Shown piece by piece: positions 53,276 through 64,000 of a stretch of DNA of 64,000 nt. The stretch's first letter is position 1. Each line of letters starts with the position of its first letter. A model generated the notes under the pieces. That model did not search any database and was not told the DNA's origin. It worked only from the letters and a program-made list of their open reading frames with translations. This stretch comes from Chrysomallon squamiferum. Taxonomy: Eukaryota; Animalia; Mollusca. The position numbers and the translations under genes were made by a program. The stretch covers positions 35,774,001 to 35,838,000 of the forward strand of contig CM022665.1 in the NCBI GenBank assembly GCA_012295275.1, written 5' to 3'.

Positions 53276-54529
53276 TTTTTGAAATACTGGTTGTAATGTT
53301 TGCATATAGCCATTCCCTACAGCTGATATGCTTACAATTTTGACAACTGTGAATTCTTATTAGTGAATTCTACTTTGTTTTGAAGAGAATATTTTGTTTT
53401 GTTATCCTGGATTTTTTGTTTTTTGTTTTGTTTAGTTTTGTTTGTTGTTTGATTTGTTTGTTTGGGTTTTTTTTGGAGGGGGTTTTGGTTAATCGTGATC
53501 TTTAGATGCTTGTATCATGTCTACCTATTTATGTATCAAACATCGAGAATCAAAGCCAAGTTTCTTTTTTTAAGCACACACGCACGCACATATACATCGA
53601 TAATATGAAAGAAATGTTTTATTCAAATATTATAAGGGAGATAGATAGAATTAAATAAATATATGTAGAAATTATGTATCAAGCTCCTGAAATTAAATAT
53701 TGATCTTTGACGAAAATCAGTCAGGTTGCAAATGATTTAGTTACAAAATCAATAAGTCACTACATTCAACAAAAACGATAAACGCGTTGATTCCAAACTA
53801 AGAGTTAATTAGTTATAAATCAGATTAGTAAAAAGATAAGATAAGCTGAGTTGAACTGGCACGGAATGACTGATATGAACGTATAGAAAAGACTGCTAAT
53901 CACTTTATAAAAACAGTATCAGACATATATAATTCCAATTTTCAAACACTTCTGTTCAAATGTGGTTAGTTTCTGGTTAGTCTGAGAAATGTAACACGGT
54001 AACGCGAAGCTGTTTGTAACAGCAAAATTCCACACTGCTGAATAATTTGCTGCAGCTCCTCTTATAATTTTCGTAGTTCATTACTGTTACATGAAATGGA
54101 ATACATCTGAAATAAACAAAACGTTTATTTAATTTTAATGTGCACTAAATACTCATCTTCAACACACTGTTAGTAACAAATGAAATACATGTACTTTGAT
54201 TTCGTTTGTATAAGCACTTCTAATTTCAGATATGCTTAGAGTTACCTGATTTGCTATTGGTAGATAATTCCACTTTGATTCTGAATACGCTGAATGTGAA
54301 CAGGTTAGTCATCGCGAGAATTAATTAGATTCTATGTTGACAGAATACAATAACTATTATTTCTGGTCTGCACTGGACCGAGTAGATGAAGAAATATTTC
54401 ATTCAGCGCATATATTATAGAGAGAAATGTGATTTTTAAAATTTAAACCAAACATGCGACGATATTTTTTAAAGAGAGAACAAGAAATCGACAGAGATCG
54501 ACAGAGAGCTAGAGAGAAAAAAAAAGATA

Positions 54530-54558
54530 GAGTCAGAGACAGAGACAGAGACAGAGAC

Positions 54559-54650
<92 letters not shown>
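54530..54650. repeat. (GAGACA)n/(GA)n microsatellite
   Basis: Seen directly. Confidence 0.95.
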
Positions 54651-54654
<4 letters not shown>

Positions 54655-56677
54655 TTTCCCGAAGGCGAGGACACAAAGCAGTTAACCAATGCCATTGTTC
54701 AGATAAAATTTATTGCACGATGTCATTCAATCAACATTAATAACTTTCCTGGAACCACTCGTATTTAAAATTTTAACAATATTTCATACCGAAAGCATGA
54801 TAATGAACGATTTATCTTTTACGGATCCTATTTTCTGACCCTAGTTACATCTACTGACAAATTTACTAAAGCAGGAAAAATGAAGTGTAATTAAATCTAT
54901 TTGTATGGATAAATGTCAGAGTGGTTACATCAGCATTAATTTTGTTACAATGGTCAGATGATTTTCTAATTTTTGAATTAAAATGAAGATCAATAGCTCA
55001 GCCTTTTTAGCCATTTCCACTGACAGCATTTTCTTTTCGATAATAAAAATGGTTAAAATAAATAAATAAATAATAACAACAGCAACAGCAACCACAACAA
55101 CAACGAGAATAATAATAGTAATAATAATAATAATAATAATCTCTATCTTTGCTTTATTATATTATTAAAGACTGAGGTATATGTTTTCTTAACGATATGA
55201 AAATACATAAGAAAATTTAAAAAGAATCGAGTTTCTTCTCAGGCATCATTTAAGTGAATCTAGCAGTCTAGAAGCGTTAATTTTAAAATATTCATAATTG
55301 TTCTCTCTTTGATGCTGCTCTCTCTCTCACACACAAAATAAAAATCACTAATTCATTTTCGAAGAGTAGCATGTAGTATACTAATGCAGGGGTAGTAATA
55401 TCGTTAAAAGCCAAAGTTAATGGATTATTTCTTACAGATATCAGCGGGGATTGTTTAAACAGCTTTATTAAAAGAAATACTATTTTCTGATAACAGTCGC
55501 AAATAATTTCAGAGTTAATCAATTAGAAAACATATGTATCATTTTAATCAATTCTATTCATATCAGTATAGTGTTGTTATACACGTCGTAGTTAAAACAC
55601 ACTTTTTCAAAACTGACAGCGATCATTATTAATGCTAAACAGTTGTTCAGCCTAAGAACATTTCACAAGAAATATTTAAAAGAAAGTCTTCATATTGCAG
55701 CGTTATTTATTATTTTAAGGCATGTCTGGTCAGCCATATATATATATATATATATTTAAAACAGTTTTTGACATCGCTAGAGAGATGGCTCGCTGCACTT
55801 TTGAATCATATTATCAGTTTATCGTTCTGGGAGAACTATTGTTTTATCAAATAAAAGAAATCAATAAAAACGATAAATGATTATTCAGAAAAAATCAAAA
55901 CGGATGTACAATATGTGAAAAATCTCTGGAGACGGAAGCAGGGAATTATTAATAAATATATTCATGTATATATGTTTTAACAGAACACGTTTGATTGCTT
56001 CACATATGTTTTAATCTGTACAACGATCTGTTAGTACAAAGGTCATCGTTTTATACCTTTATGTTTAAAAGTAATGCAGAAGATGGTACACGAAATGATA
56101 ATAAACATACTATTACTAGAATAACTGCTATTACTACTTCTACTACTACTACAATAATAATAATAATAATAATAATAATAAACAATAATAAGAAAAAGTA
56201 AAATAAAATTTAAATAAAGCAGAACAAAATAAAATAAATAAAATATGATTTGGTATGTAATCAATCAACTTCAGTCTGTAATATATTTGAGTACGCATGA
56301 ACTAGAGTAACTGATAAAGTAACTGTATAAAATCTGAATCATTCTTGAGCAAAACTATAATAAATTATCTTCTATCAGAAACATATTTAGTACCGACTGT
56401 TCTAATGGTGAATATGCATTATTTATTAGGATGTCTTCGAAACAACTGAGTAAACAAAACCTATTCCAGCACGATCGAAAATGCATGCGACATACTGCAA
56501 GAATAAAAGCAAAACGCACCCTGATAGCTGAAAATATTAAATATGTTTGAGAAAAAAAAAATAAAAAAAATTGTTGAAGCCAATAACTGTCAAGTCACCT
56601 TTCAAATGCAAATGATTCATAGTTGTATAATGAATGAATATAAGGTGAAATGGTATATATGCAGATAAACTCAAAAT

Positions 56678-56711
<34 letters not shown>

Positions 56712-56997
56712 GGACACTAAATAGTCTATTTTTTGTATTTATGTTAGTACTTTCAGTATGGTAGAAATGGTTCACGAAGGAACAAATGAAATTATTTTGT
56801 GCTGAATGACTGACATAACTAAATTATGTATATAGTTCTCTGAAAGACATGTGACAAAAAAAAAACATTAAAAAAAAAACTCTTATTATATTTATTATTT
56901 TGCATAGTGGCAGAATTACGTAAAATTATCACCAAGACAATTCAGCTTGCTGACATTTTGTTATAAAGACTTGAGGGTGGAACGACACTGGAACAGG

Positions 56998-57019
56998 TAA
57001 TAATAATAATAATAATATA

Positions 57020-57078
<59 letters not shown>

Positions 57079-57096
57079 TAACAATAATAATAATAA
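56998..57096. repeat. (AAT)n microsatellite
   Basis: Seen directly. Confidence 0.95.
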
Positions 57097-57279
57097 ACGC
57101 TATCAGTTAATGCCACCAAAACATAATTCCCATATTGACTAAGTATTTAAAGATCAGACAATAAATATTCACGTGTTCTAAAATGACAAAGTCTCTTAGT
57201 AAACTTGCTTTAACAAAATATTTATATTTAGGAGGATATTTAAAATAACTTTCTAGTCTTGGCATTTTATGGAAGCTAT

Positions 57280-57515
57280 GACACGTTCTGGAATATGTTA
57301 CAAATTTGACTTGAATATGACTATACAGTCAAAGGCTGAAGTCACATGTGAAGAAGACGGCGGACACCTGATAAAGACTGACTGTTTAAAGAAACGAAAA
57401 CTACTGAAAGCTTCATAAAACCTGAAAACAATGTATATTTCAGAGATTTTGCTATTATTTCGAAATTGTTTTCGTACAAATGGAATCACCGTCAGCCAAA
57501 AATTAAGGGGCAAAC
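57280..57515 (+). pseudogene. C-type lectin gene fragment (subtype B-like) with internal deletion
   Basis: RSGICYKFDLNMTIQSKAEVTCEEDGGHLIKTDCLKKRKLLKAS* (cf. RSGIFYKFYLNMILWSEAEEACEQDGGHLIKINCSKKQKQLRAS at 45.6-45.8 kb), then DFAIISKLFSYKWNHR (cf. DYATMEKLMSYKWNDR). Confidence 0.8.
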
Positions 57516-58766
57516 ATCAAAAAATTATGAAAAGGCGACCGTCTAAAAACAATCTGAAACGTTTTCTAAAGAAAAATATTTGAAAAAGTGATGTAAACGA
57601 TTTTCTACAGAAATATGTTTGAAAATGAAGCTAATATTTTCTAAAGAAAACCATTTAACTGTTTTGCATTAGAAGAAAACATTTGGTAGGAAAGGTCAAC
57701 TTTTTGGAAACATTTGTGAAAAGATGTTTTGAAAACGATGTCAACTTTTTTAAAATGAAAATCAAATGTTTGAAAAAAACATACAAACGCCCAAATTTTT
57801 CTGAATGAAAGGAAAATATTTGAATAAGGTGATAACTGTATAAAAAGTATAATAAAAAGAACAAACTGAAATCTGCAGCGTCTAATTCTCTTGAAGAATT
57901 ATGTGAAATACCGTTTTGAAACCGAACGTCGATGTCTGTTCTTTCATAATAAAGTGAAGCATTTTTAGCTAAAGAAATTAAACATATCTTTTTTTAATTT
58001 ATTTTATGTATTTTTATTTCATTTTATTTCTTTATCATTAAACTCATATATTAAATAATACATTTAAAGAGTATTCGCATAATCGTTTAGTTTAGCTGTG
58101 TGATTATTACCAATAGGTGGAAATAACTAAAACACTGTCAGAACGAAAACAAAATATTACCAGTATAAGCAGTTTGTAAAATCATGCATCTGATTTATGC
58201 TTTAATATAGCGACATACTATTGATTAAAAGCATATCAGTACTTATTTATTTTTTAGGTGTTTTTTTTTGGTGTGTGTATTTGTGTTTGCTTTTGTGCGT
58301 GTGTGCGAGCGCGTGTTTGTACCTCTCTCTATTTCCCTCTCACAATAAAAGTTGAGTTTCTCTGTCTTTGTCTCTTTTACATCCCTTAGGAAATATGCCA
58401 ACGAATGTATAGCCATGATTTTATAAGCTTTGAAAAAAAAAAAATGTATAAAAGCATCCATTACTACAGCGTGTATATCTACATCAGTTGATGAATTTGC
58501 ACGAAGCAATAACCATTAGACACTTTTAGATCTCAGACATTCTGTCATAATATTGCACATGGCTATCGTTTTCAGGATTGCTATTGATTAACATATAAAA
58601 AATAATCGTGACATTAAATAGATTGACTTTTTTTGTTGTTAATTTACCATAAAAAATTACAAATTGTTGAACCAAAACATAGCTTTTTTTCTATGGAATA
58701 TAAAAATAGACAGATTTTTCAAAGTCTGTGATTTTAATTTTTTATGAAACTATAGTTGCAGGCATT

Positions 58767-59291
58767 ATGAAAACGTACAAGATTTAATCGTGGCTGTTTT
58801 ATTGGTGGCTCATAATGAAAGAAATATTTTGGAACACATTAAAGAATGGGAGAGAGGAGAAATAATAGACGGCGACCCGATAATGAAACGTTCTACAAAG
58901 AATGTCTACCAGTGTAATCAGTTATGTCGACAGACGACGTCGTGTGCTTCTTTCAGTTACGACGTGATGTCTAGAATTTGTACTACGATGTCCATTTCTA
59001 GTGAAAAAAGTACTTGTGATAAGAAAAAGAATGGTACTATTAACAAAAATGTTATTGAAGTCAAAGACAAAAACACTATTTTGTCAAGTGAAAGGAAATC
59101 ATGTACAAACAACACTGTATGTGTTGATGCAGCTAAGACACATATTTGTATCAGTTACAACGACAAAGGATTCATCTCACAAAAGTGTATTTGCTATTAT
59201 GTCTCAAGAGTAACTTTACCATTGGAATGATCGTGCATCTAAAATTACGAAGGTAATGATAGCGTTTATTTGCGAGATAACACTTCAGTGA
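58767..59291 (+). pseudogene. PAN-EGF-C-type lectin pseudogene (subtype B): 1-nt frameshift in signal peptide, most of CTLD deleted
   Basis: ATG AAA ACG TAC aligns to MRTY of the 36.2-kb gene but frameshifts. The PAN/EGF part is intact and jumps to AIMSQE*LYHWNDRASKITKVMIAFICEITLQ*. Confidence 0.85.
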
Positions 59292-59309
59292 AAGTTTTAG
59301 ATGTGAAAA

Positions 59310-59620
59310 ACATTTTTGAAAAATACTGTAAGAAGAAGAATTATAAGAAAATATTTAAGAAAAGTGTTACACATTCGGAAAGATAAGTAAATATTGTAAA
59401 CTGTTTTCAGTTATAAGAAAATATACAAGAAAAGTGTTAAGTGTTATGATCAAGAAATTTGTTTAACTGTTTTAAATTATAAATTTTTTTTAAGAAAAAT
59501 GTTAATTGTTTTGAGTTATAATAAAATATTCAAGAAAAACTATTGAATTGTAAGAAAACACTGACGAAAAATGTTAACTATTTTTAATTGCAAGAAAATA
59601 TTTAAGAAAGGGTTTAGTGA
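59310..59620. repeat. Degenerate ~39-bp AT-rich minisatellite
   Basis: Unit approx. TAAGAAAATATTTAAGAAAAGTGTTAACTGTTTTCAGTTA. Confidence 0.65.
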
Positions 59621-61586
59621 TTTCGTGATTAACAAAGTGTTTTGTGTTTAACAAAGAAAGCGCAACAGAACAAATCTGGAGCGAAACAAAATGTTTAATT
59701 AGCTGTGAAATTAGTCAGACCGTCTAGTTTCATAACATTTTGTTTTGTTACGCCATTAAACATGTAACTCATTTATTGAAATATTTACTGACGGAATAAT
59801 ATCGTAGTTTAAAAGTAATACATTAGAGGAAAAAAAAACCGCATAAATAAAAATATTGGTTAATATATTTAGGCTTAATATATGTTCTGTATCTTGGTTC
59901 ATAGCTGAATAAAGGAATGAAAAAAAAAAAAAAATTAAACTCTAGTTTAGATGTTATAATTGTTATTTGTATATATTTTTTTTCTGTTTCCTTTTTAACT
60001 ACATGCACATGTGCAGCATGCTACGTTATGTCACGTTAAACAAATATTAGTGTCAAATTGAACACAGCACCGCAACACAAATTTCTTCAACAGCATAAAT
60101 ACACATATACTTGTCCCTCGATCCTTTGTTTACACATATAACACAATTGCAAAAACAAAAAAACTAAAAAACTAAAAAAATAGAAAGAAAAGAAAAAAAG
60201 ATAAGGAAACAGAGAAAGAAATTATCATCAGTTTACTGTTAGTAAATCTAATGAAGTAAGTGATTTATTTTTATATCTTCTTTTACACGACAAGACTTGA
60301 TATTTGGTTTGCTAACACTTCATTGTTACCAGGTAACATAAATAATAATTAGTCAATTTCGCTTACCAATTTAGAAAAAGAGTTTTGTCTGCCATCAGTA
60401 ATGATATTAATTTTAAAGTAACGTATTTAAATATACTGTATGTAATAAAGAATCTTCTTTGTTGACTTTTTAGTTTATTATGTTATTATTTGCAATCAAC
60501 TAATTGAAACGAGGATACGATTAGTGATATAGCAATGTGTATTTAACAAATATGTTACACTACCATTCTTGTTTTGTCCTTAGTTTTTCTTTCTTCTCTT
60601 TTTCTTATACGTTTTTTTTTTAACCTTTTTTTCTCTTTCTTCTTACAGTATTTTAATGATATCACACGTATTTTATAATTATAATCTTCATCCTGGTGTA
60701 ACGTTAATGTAACTCGATAAATCGCAATACCGTTTAAATGATTTGCATTTTAATAATTAAAAAAGTATCATTTTAATAAATGATAAATCATGTATCTTTG
60801 ATGACTGGTAAGATTACTGGACACAGCACAGAGTTACTTATAAATTTATGACTTAACTAAAAATATTACGCCACTCCACAATGGCCCTTTTTTCATTTCT
60901 AGCATCAAATATAGAAAGCTTTTAATATGAATTTATGGCTTAGTTTATTGTTAGAGAATAATGCCCAGAAAAATGTAATACTTTATATTCACAGATTATT
61001 ACTGAACTTACTTCTGCATAAATAATACATATTTCATTGACAAAACCAGTAGCAACAATAATCACAACGACGACCACAAATGCATCGTTAAAAAAAAAAA
61101 AAAAATAATAATAATAATAAAAACTGACGAATAATAAAAGGTAAAATAACATACTTAGTGTAAAAAATATGCCAAAGTAAGAGGCCACTTTTAGATTTTG
61201 ACTGTGTGCGTCATAATAACTTGTTAAGCAGAATGTCACTGGGGTCTGTTTTCAAGGTAAAGTTTGTTTTGGTTTGTTGTTGTTTTTTTATGTGTATATG
61301 TGCGTGTTATAGATATATTTGATTTAGTCTAAGTAAAAATAAAGAATTAAGTGGCAGTGATCTGATGATTTTTTGTAAGTCATCCGATTCTTAAAGTGTT
61401 GTACGTAGCTGAACACACTAGTATTAGACATGTTTAAAGATTCTTCCTTCAAAACGTCGTAAACACATAGTAACTTAAAGAAGCACACTGCTTTATTGAT
61501 AAATCTAATTATTAAATTTAGACATTTCTGGTTAAGTTTCATTAACTGGTAGCCGTATTTTATTTTCCCTGCATGCTATCCTAGAA

Positions 61587-62587
61587 CAGGGGTGCGCAAG
61601 TTTTCAGATCTTACAGGCCGCAGCGCTTTAACTTCACTAGCCGCACAAACTTCATTGTGATTGCTTAAAATCTGAGAGCGTAACATATGATTTTGCATAA
61701 TTTTCTAACAATGAACCTCTTTGACTAAAAATGTTTCAAATAAATAATAGGTGCGTTTACATGTTTCAATGAGAACTGACTTGACACCTCTATGATGCCA
61801 ATTAAATAACAACTTTAAAACTCACCAACTTGTACAATTATCACTGACATTGTGTGTTCATTGCCAAATTCTTGAAATTTTCGGGCAAGGTCGACAGCAT
61901 CAAATCGCCTCAGATGGTCGGGACTAATACACTGCCGGCGCTGAACTTTGGCACTTTTTCACAAGTTCGCAGTCCGAGTATTTTTTTCCTGAGGATATGT
62001 GCAACTGTGTAAAATGCTTCATCTCTTATGTTCGTTGAATTCAAAAAAGTCTTAAAAGTTGATTTTCGCTGCTTCAGTTTCTTCAAATTCTCCGCCAAAA
62101 CTTTTCTTGACCCACTGTCCAGCTTTAGCATAGACGTGGTTCTCATGTCGACAATAATGCTGTTTGACGTTGTCCCCTTTCAGTGCTTTGATTACTTCTT
62201 CACATATCAAACACTGGATGCGGTAGTCAATTTTGCACGTGTTGCTGATTGACCTATATATCATGCAGACATCAGCGAATGCTTTGCTCGTGCCACGTCA
62301 ACTTCTACTCTCGTCTGTAAGAAGTACGACAGTTGCTGTCACGTGAACGACGTGACTCGATATTTCTTTTCACAATTAATAGAGAGCCTGGTAACGTTGA
62401 AATAAACGATACTGTTGGACCGAAAAATGAATACTGGACGCCTTGTTGTGCACGGCATCTGGACAGTCATAGGAAAATCATGGTGCACTGAGTGTTTATA
62501 CTGAAACGCAGCTTCGATATAATTCAAATGAAACGTTAAATGTGATGAGGCGACATCCTTCCCACGGCCGCACGTTGCGCACCCCTG
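61587..62587 (-). mobile_element. Internally deleted hAT (Charlie/SPIN/Buster-type) DNA transposon, 1001 bp
   Basis: 13-bp TIRs CAGGGGTGCGCAA / TTGCGCACCCCTG. 8-bp TSD TCCTAGAA (61579-61586) / TCCTAGAG (62588-62595). Minus-strand remnants QCLICEEVIKALKGDNVKQHY (BED-type zinc finger), AFYTVAHILRKK, and C-terminal ENFKNLAMNTQCQ. Confidence 0.9.
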
Positions 62588-63589
62588 TCCTAGAGTATCT
62601 TTTAATACAGAATTCGTTTTTTCTCATGGACTTTAGTTTCATCCATAATTATAAAGAAATTTTTATTATATCAAACACAAACTCTAACATCATGGCTCTT
62701 TTATACAATATGTACTGGGCAAAATAAAAAAACAACAACAAAAAAATATTATTCTTTAAAAAATGTATGATTCATGTCTTTAAATTCAAGTTATTTCTGA
62801 ACAAAGGTAGCTTACTGCAGTTAAATATTGCTTTCTCATCACAGGAACAATAAAGTAATATTAAGTAATGGTTTTGATATAAATTTTCATCATATCACTT
62901 TTACTGATTTGCATATTTCCATGCTGTTTGATAAATTATTCATACCTCGTTGCTATAAAAGATGACTTCCGAAATGAAACAATAACTTAAAACCGTTATT
63001 TCAGTATTTTTATTGTCTCTTAAAAACCTCTTTTATCACAATTTTATGATCGATTTAAAAACATTCAATGGATTTCTGAAGTTCTATGATATTGTATTCT
63101 AATGATAAGGAAAGATTTCAATACACATCAAACATAATTTATATCAATTTAATTCCTAAAATATATTTATAAAAGCGTAAAACCATTTTAAAATCAGATT
63201 ATGTTTTTTTGTATATTGCACATTAGTGGGTAAACCTCCATTATATATCCATTAACGTGTTTACTTCACTATAGGTAACTATTTTTGTTATTATTGTGGT
63301 TGTTATTGTTGAACAACTTACAAATAACCTTGTTTTCGAATGAAATATTCTGCGAGATTTTACAATTGCTTCTATCTCTCTGTGAAAATATTTTTAAGAA
63401 AAGAAAATATCACTTATTAAATTAGAATGAGTCCACCGTTACTTTCACCTGAATCTTATTTAAGAAAGAAAAACACTTTTTTTTAAATCCACCACCTCGA
63501 AAATATATCCAAGAAAAAACAAATGTATAAAATACATATTTAAAGTCGACTCTACATAAAGACTCCTGACTATACCAGTGTCAGAACAT

Positions 63590-64000
63590 GATAAGAAATC
63601 CGTTCAGCGTCACACAATAGTCACCAAGTCTTCAACTTCAGTATCTAATGTGAACTTTATAAACTGATCTATTTATAAATGAACCGTGTGAACTGTTTCT
63701 TCAAATTTCATATCTTTATCGAATTGTTTCTTTCTGCTGTTTATTTCTATTGTCCTCATCTTAATTGTGTATGCTATTCTTGTTCTTTCGCTCAACACAC
63801 AGATGTGACTTGCCTGTGTCTAAACAAACAGTCTGATCTGGACATGACTGGACCTCACAGTTTGAACTTGATCCTGTGATCTCTGAGTTAAGAACATTTG
63901 TGTTAACCACACTTTGACGCTGTCCGAATATTTTTCCTTCAACAGATGTCGACATTAATGTACAAACTCTGGTGGACACGTCGTAACTGAAAGAAGCACA
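63590..64000 (-). pseudogene. Further PAN-EGF-lectin paralogue, truncated by a stop after the EGF-like module (5' part beyond the window)
   Basis: CASFSYDVSTRVCTLMSTSVEGKIFG...CEVQSCPDQTVCLDTGKSHLCVERKNKNSIHN* (stop 63761-63763). Only a faint CTLD remnant downstream (gtgtgacgctgaacggat vs gtgtggcgctggacagacggat). Confidence 0.75.

Noticed and set aside
36199-64000. Diversity-generating retroelement (C-type-lectin-fold target with template/variable repeats)
   Set aside because: No reverse transcriptase in the window, differences are not adenine-specific, and the locus is eukaryotic; gene conversion fits better.

Overview
Very AT-rich, microsatellite-laden eukaryotic (invertebrate, probably gastropod/molluscan; inference) genomic DNA. 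Most ORFs in the supplied track are low-complexity artefacts. (1) 1-19.8 kb: 5' part of a minus-strand gene. A coding exon runs off the left edge, a ~19-kb CpG-depleted intron follows, and a CpG-containing first exon/promoter lies near 19.5-20 kb. (2) 26.8-30.1 kb: a four-exon gene missed by the ORF track, encoding a 113-aa secreted, six-cysteine, probably GPI-anchored protein. (3) 36-64 kb: a cluster of single-exon secreted PAN/apple + EGF-like + C-type lectin genes (three intact, at least five pseudogenes/fragments), interspersed with hAT, MULE and Tc1 remnants and a tandem segmental duplication. The lectin locus is the most striking part. Two genes sit head-to-head in an old, diverged palindrome whose gene-bearing 1.14 kb is homogenised except for one codon in the ligand-binding loop. 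The paralogues, including pseudogenes, share sharply bounded near-identical DNA blocks alternating with strongly diverged blocks. This points to segmental gene conversion shaping a lectin repertoire. Identities quoted come from manual alignment; no database searches were run.
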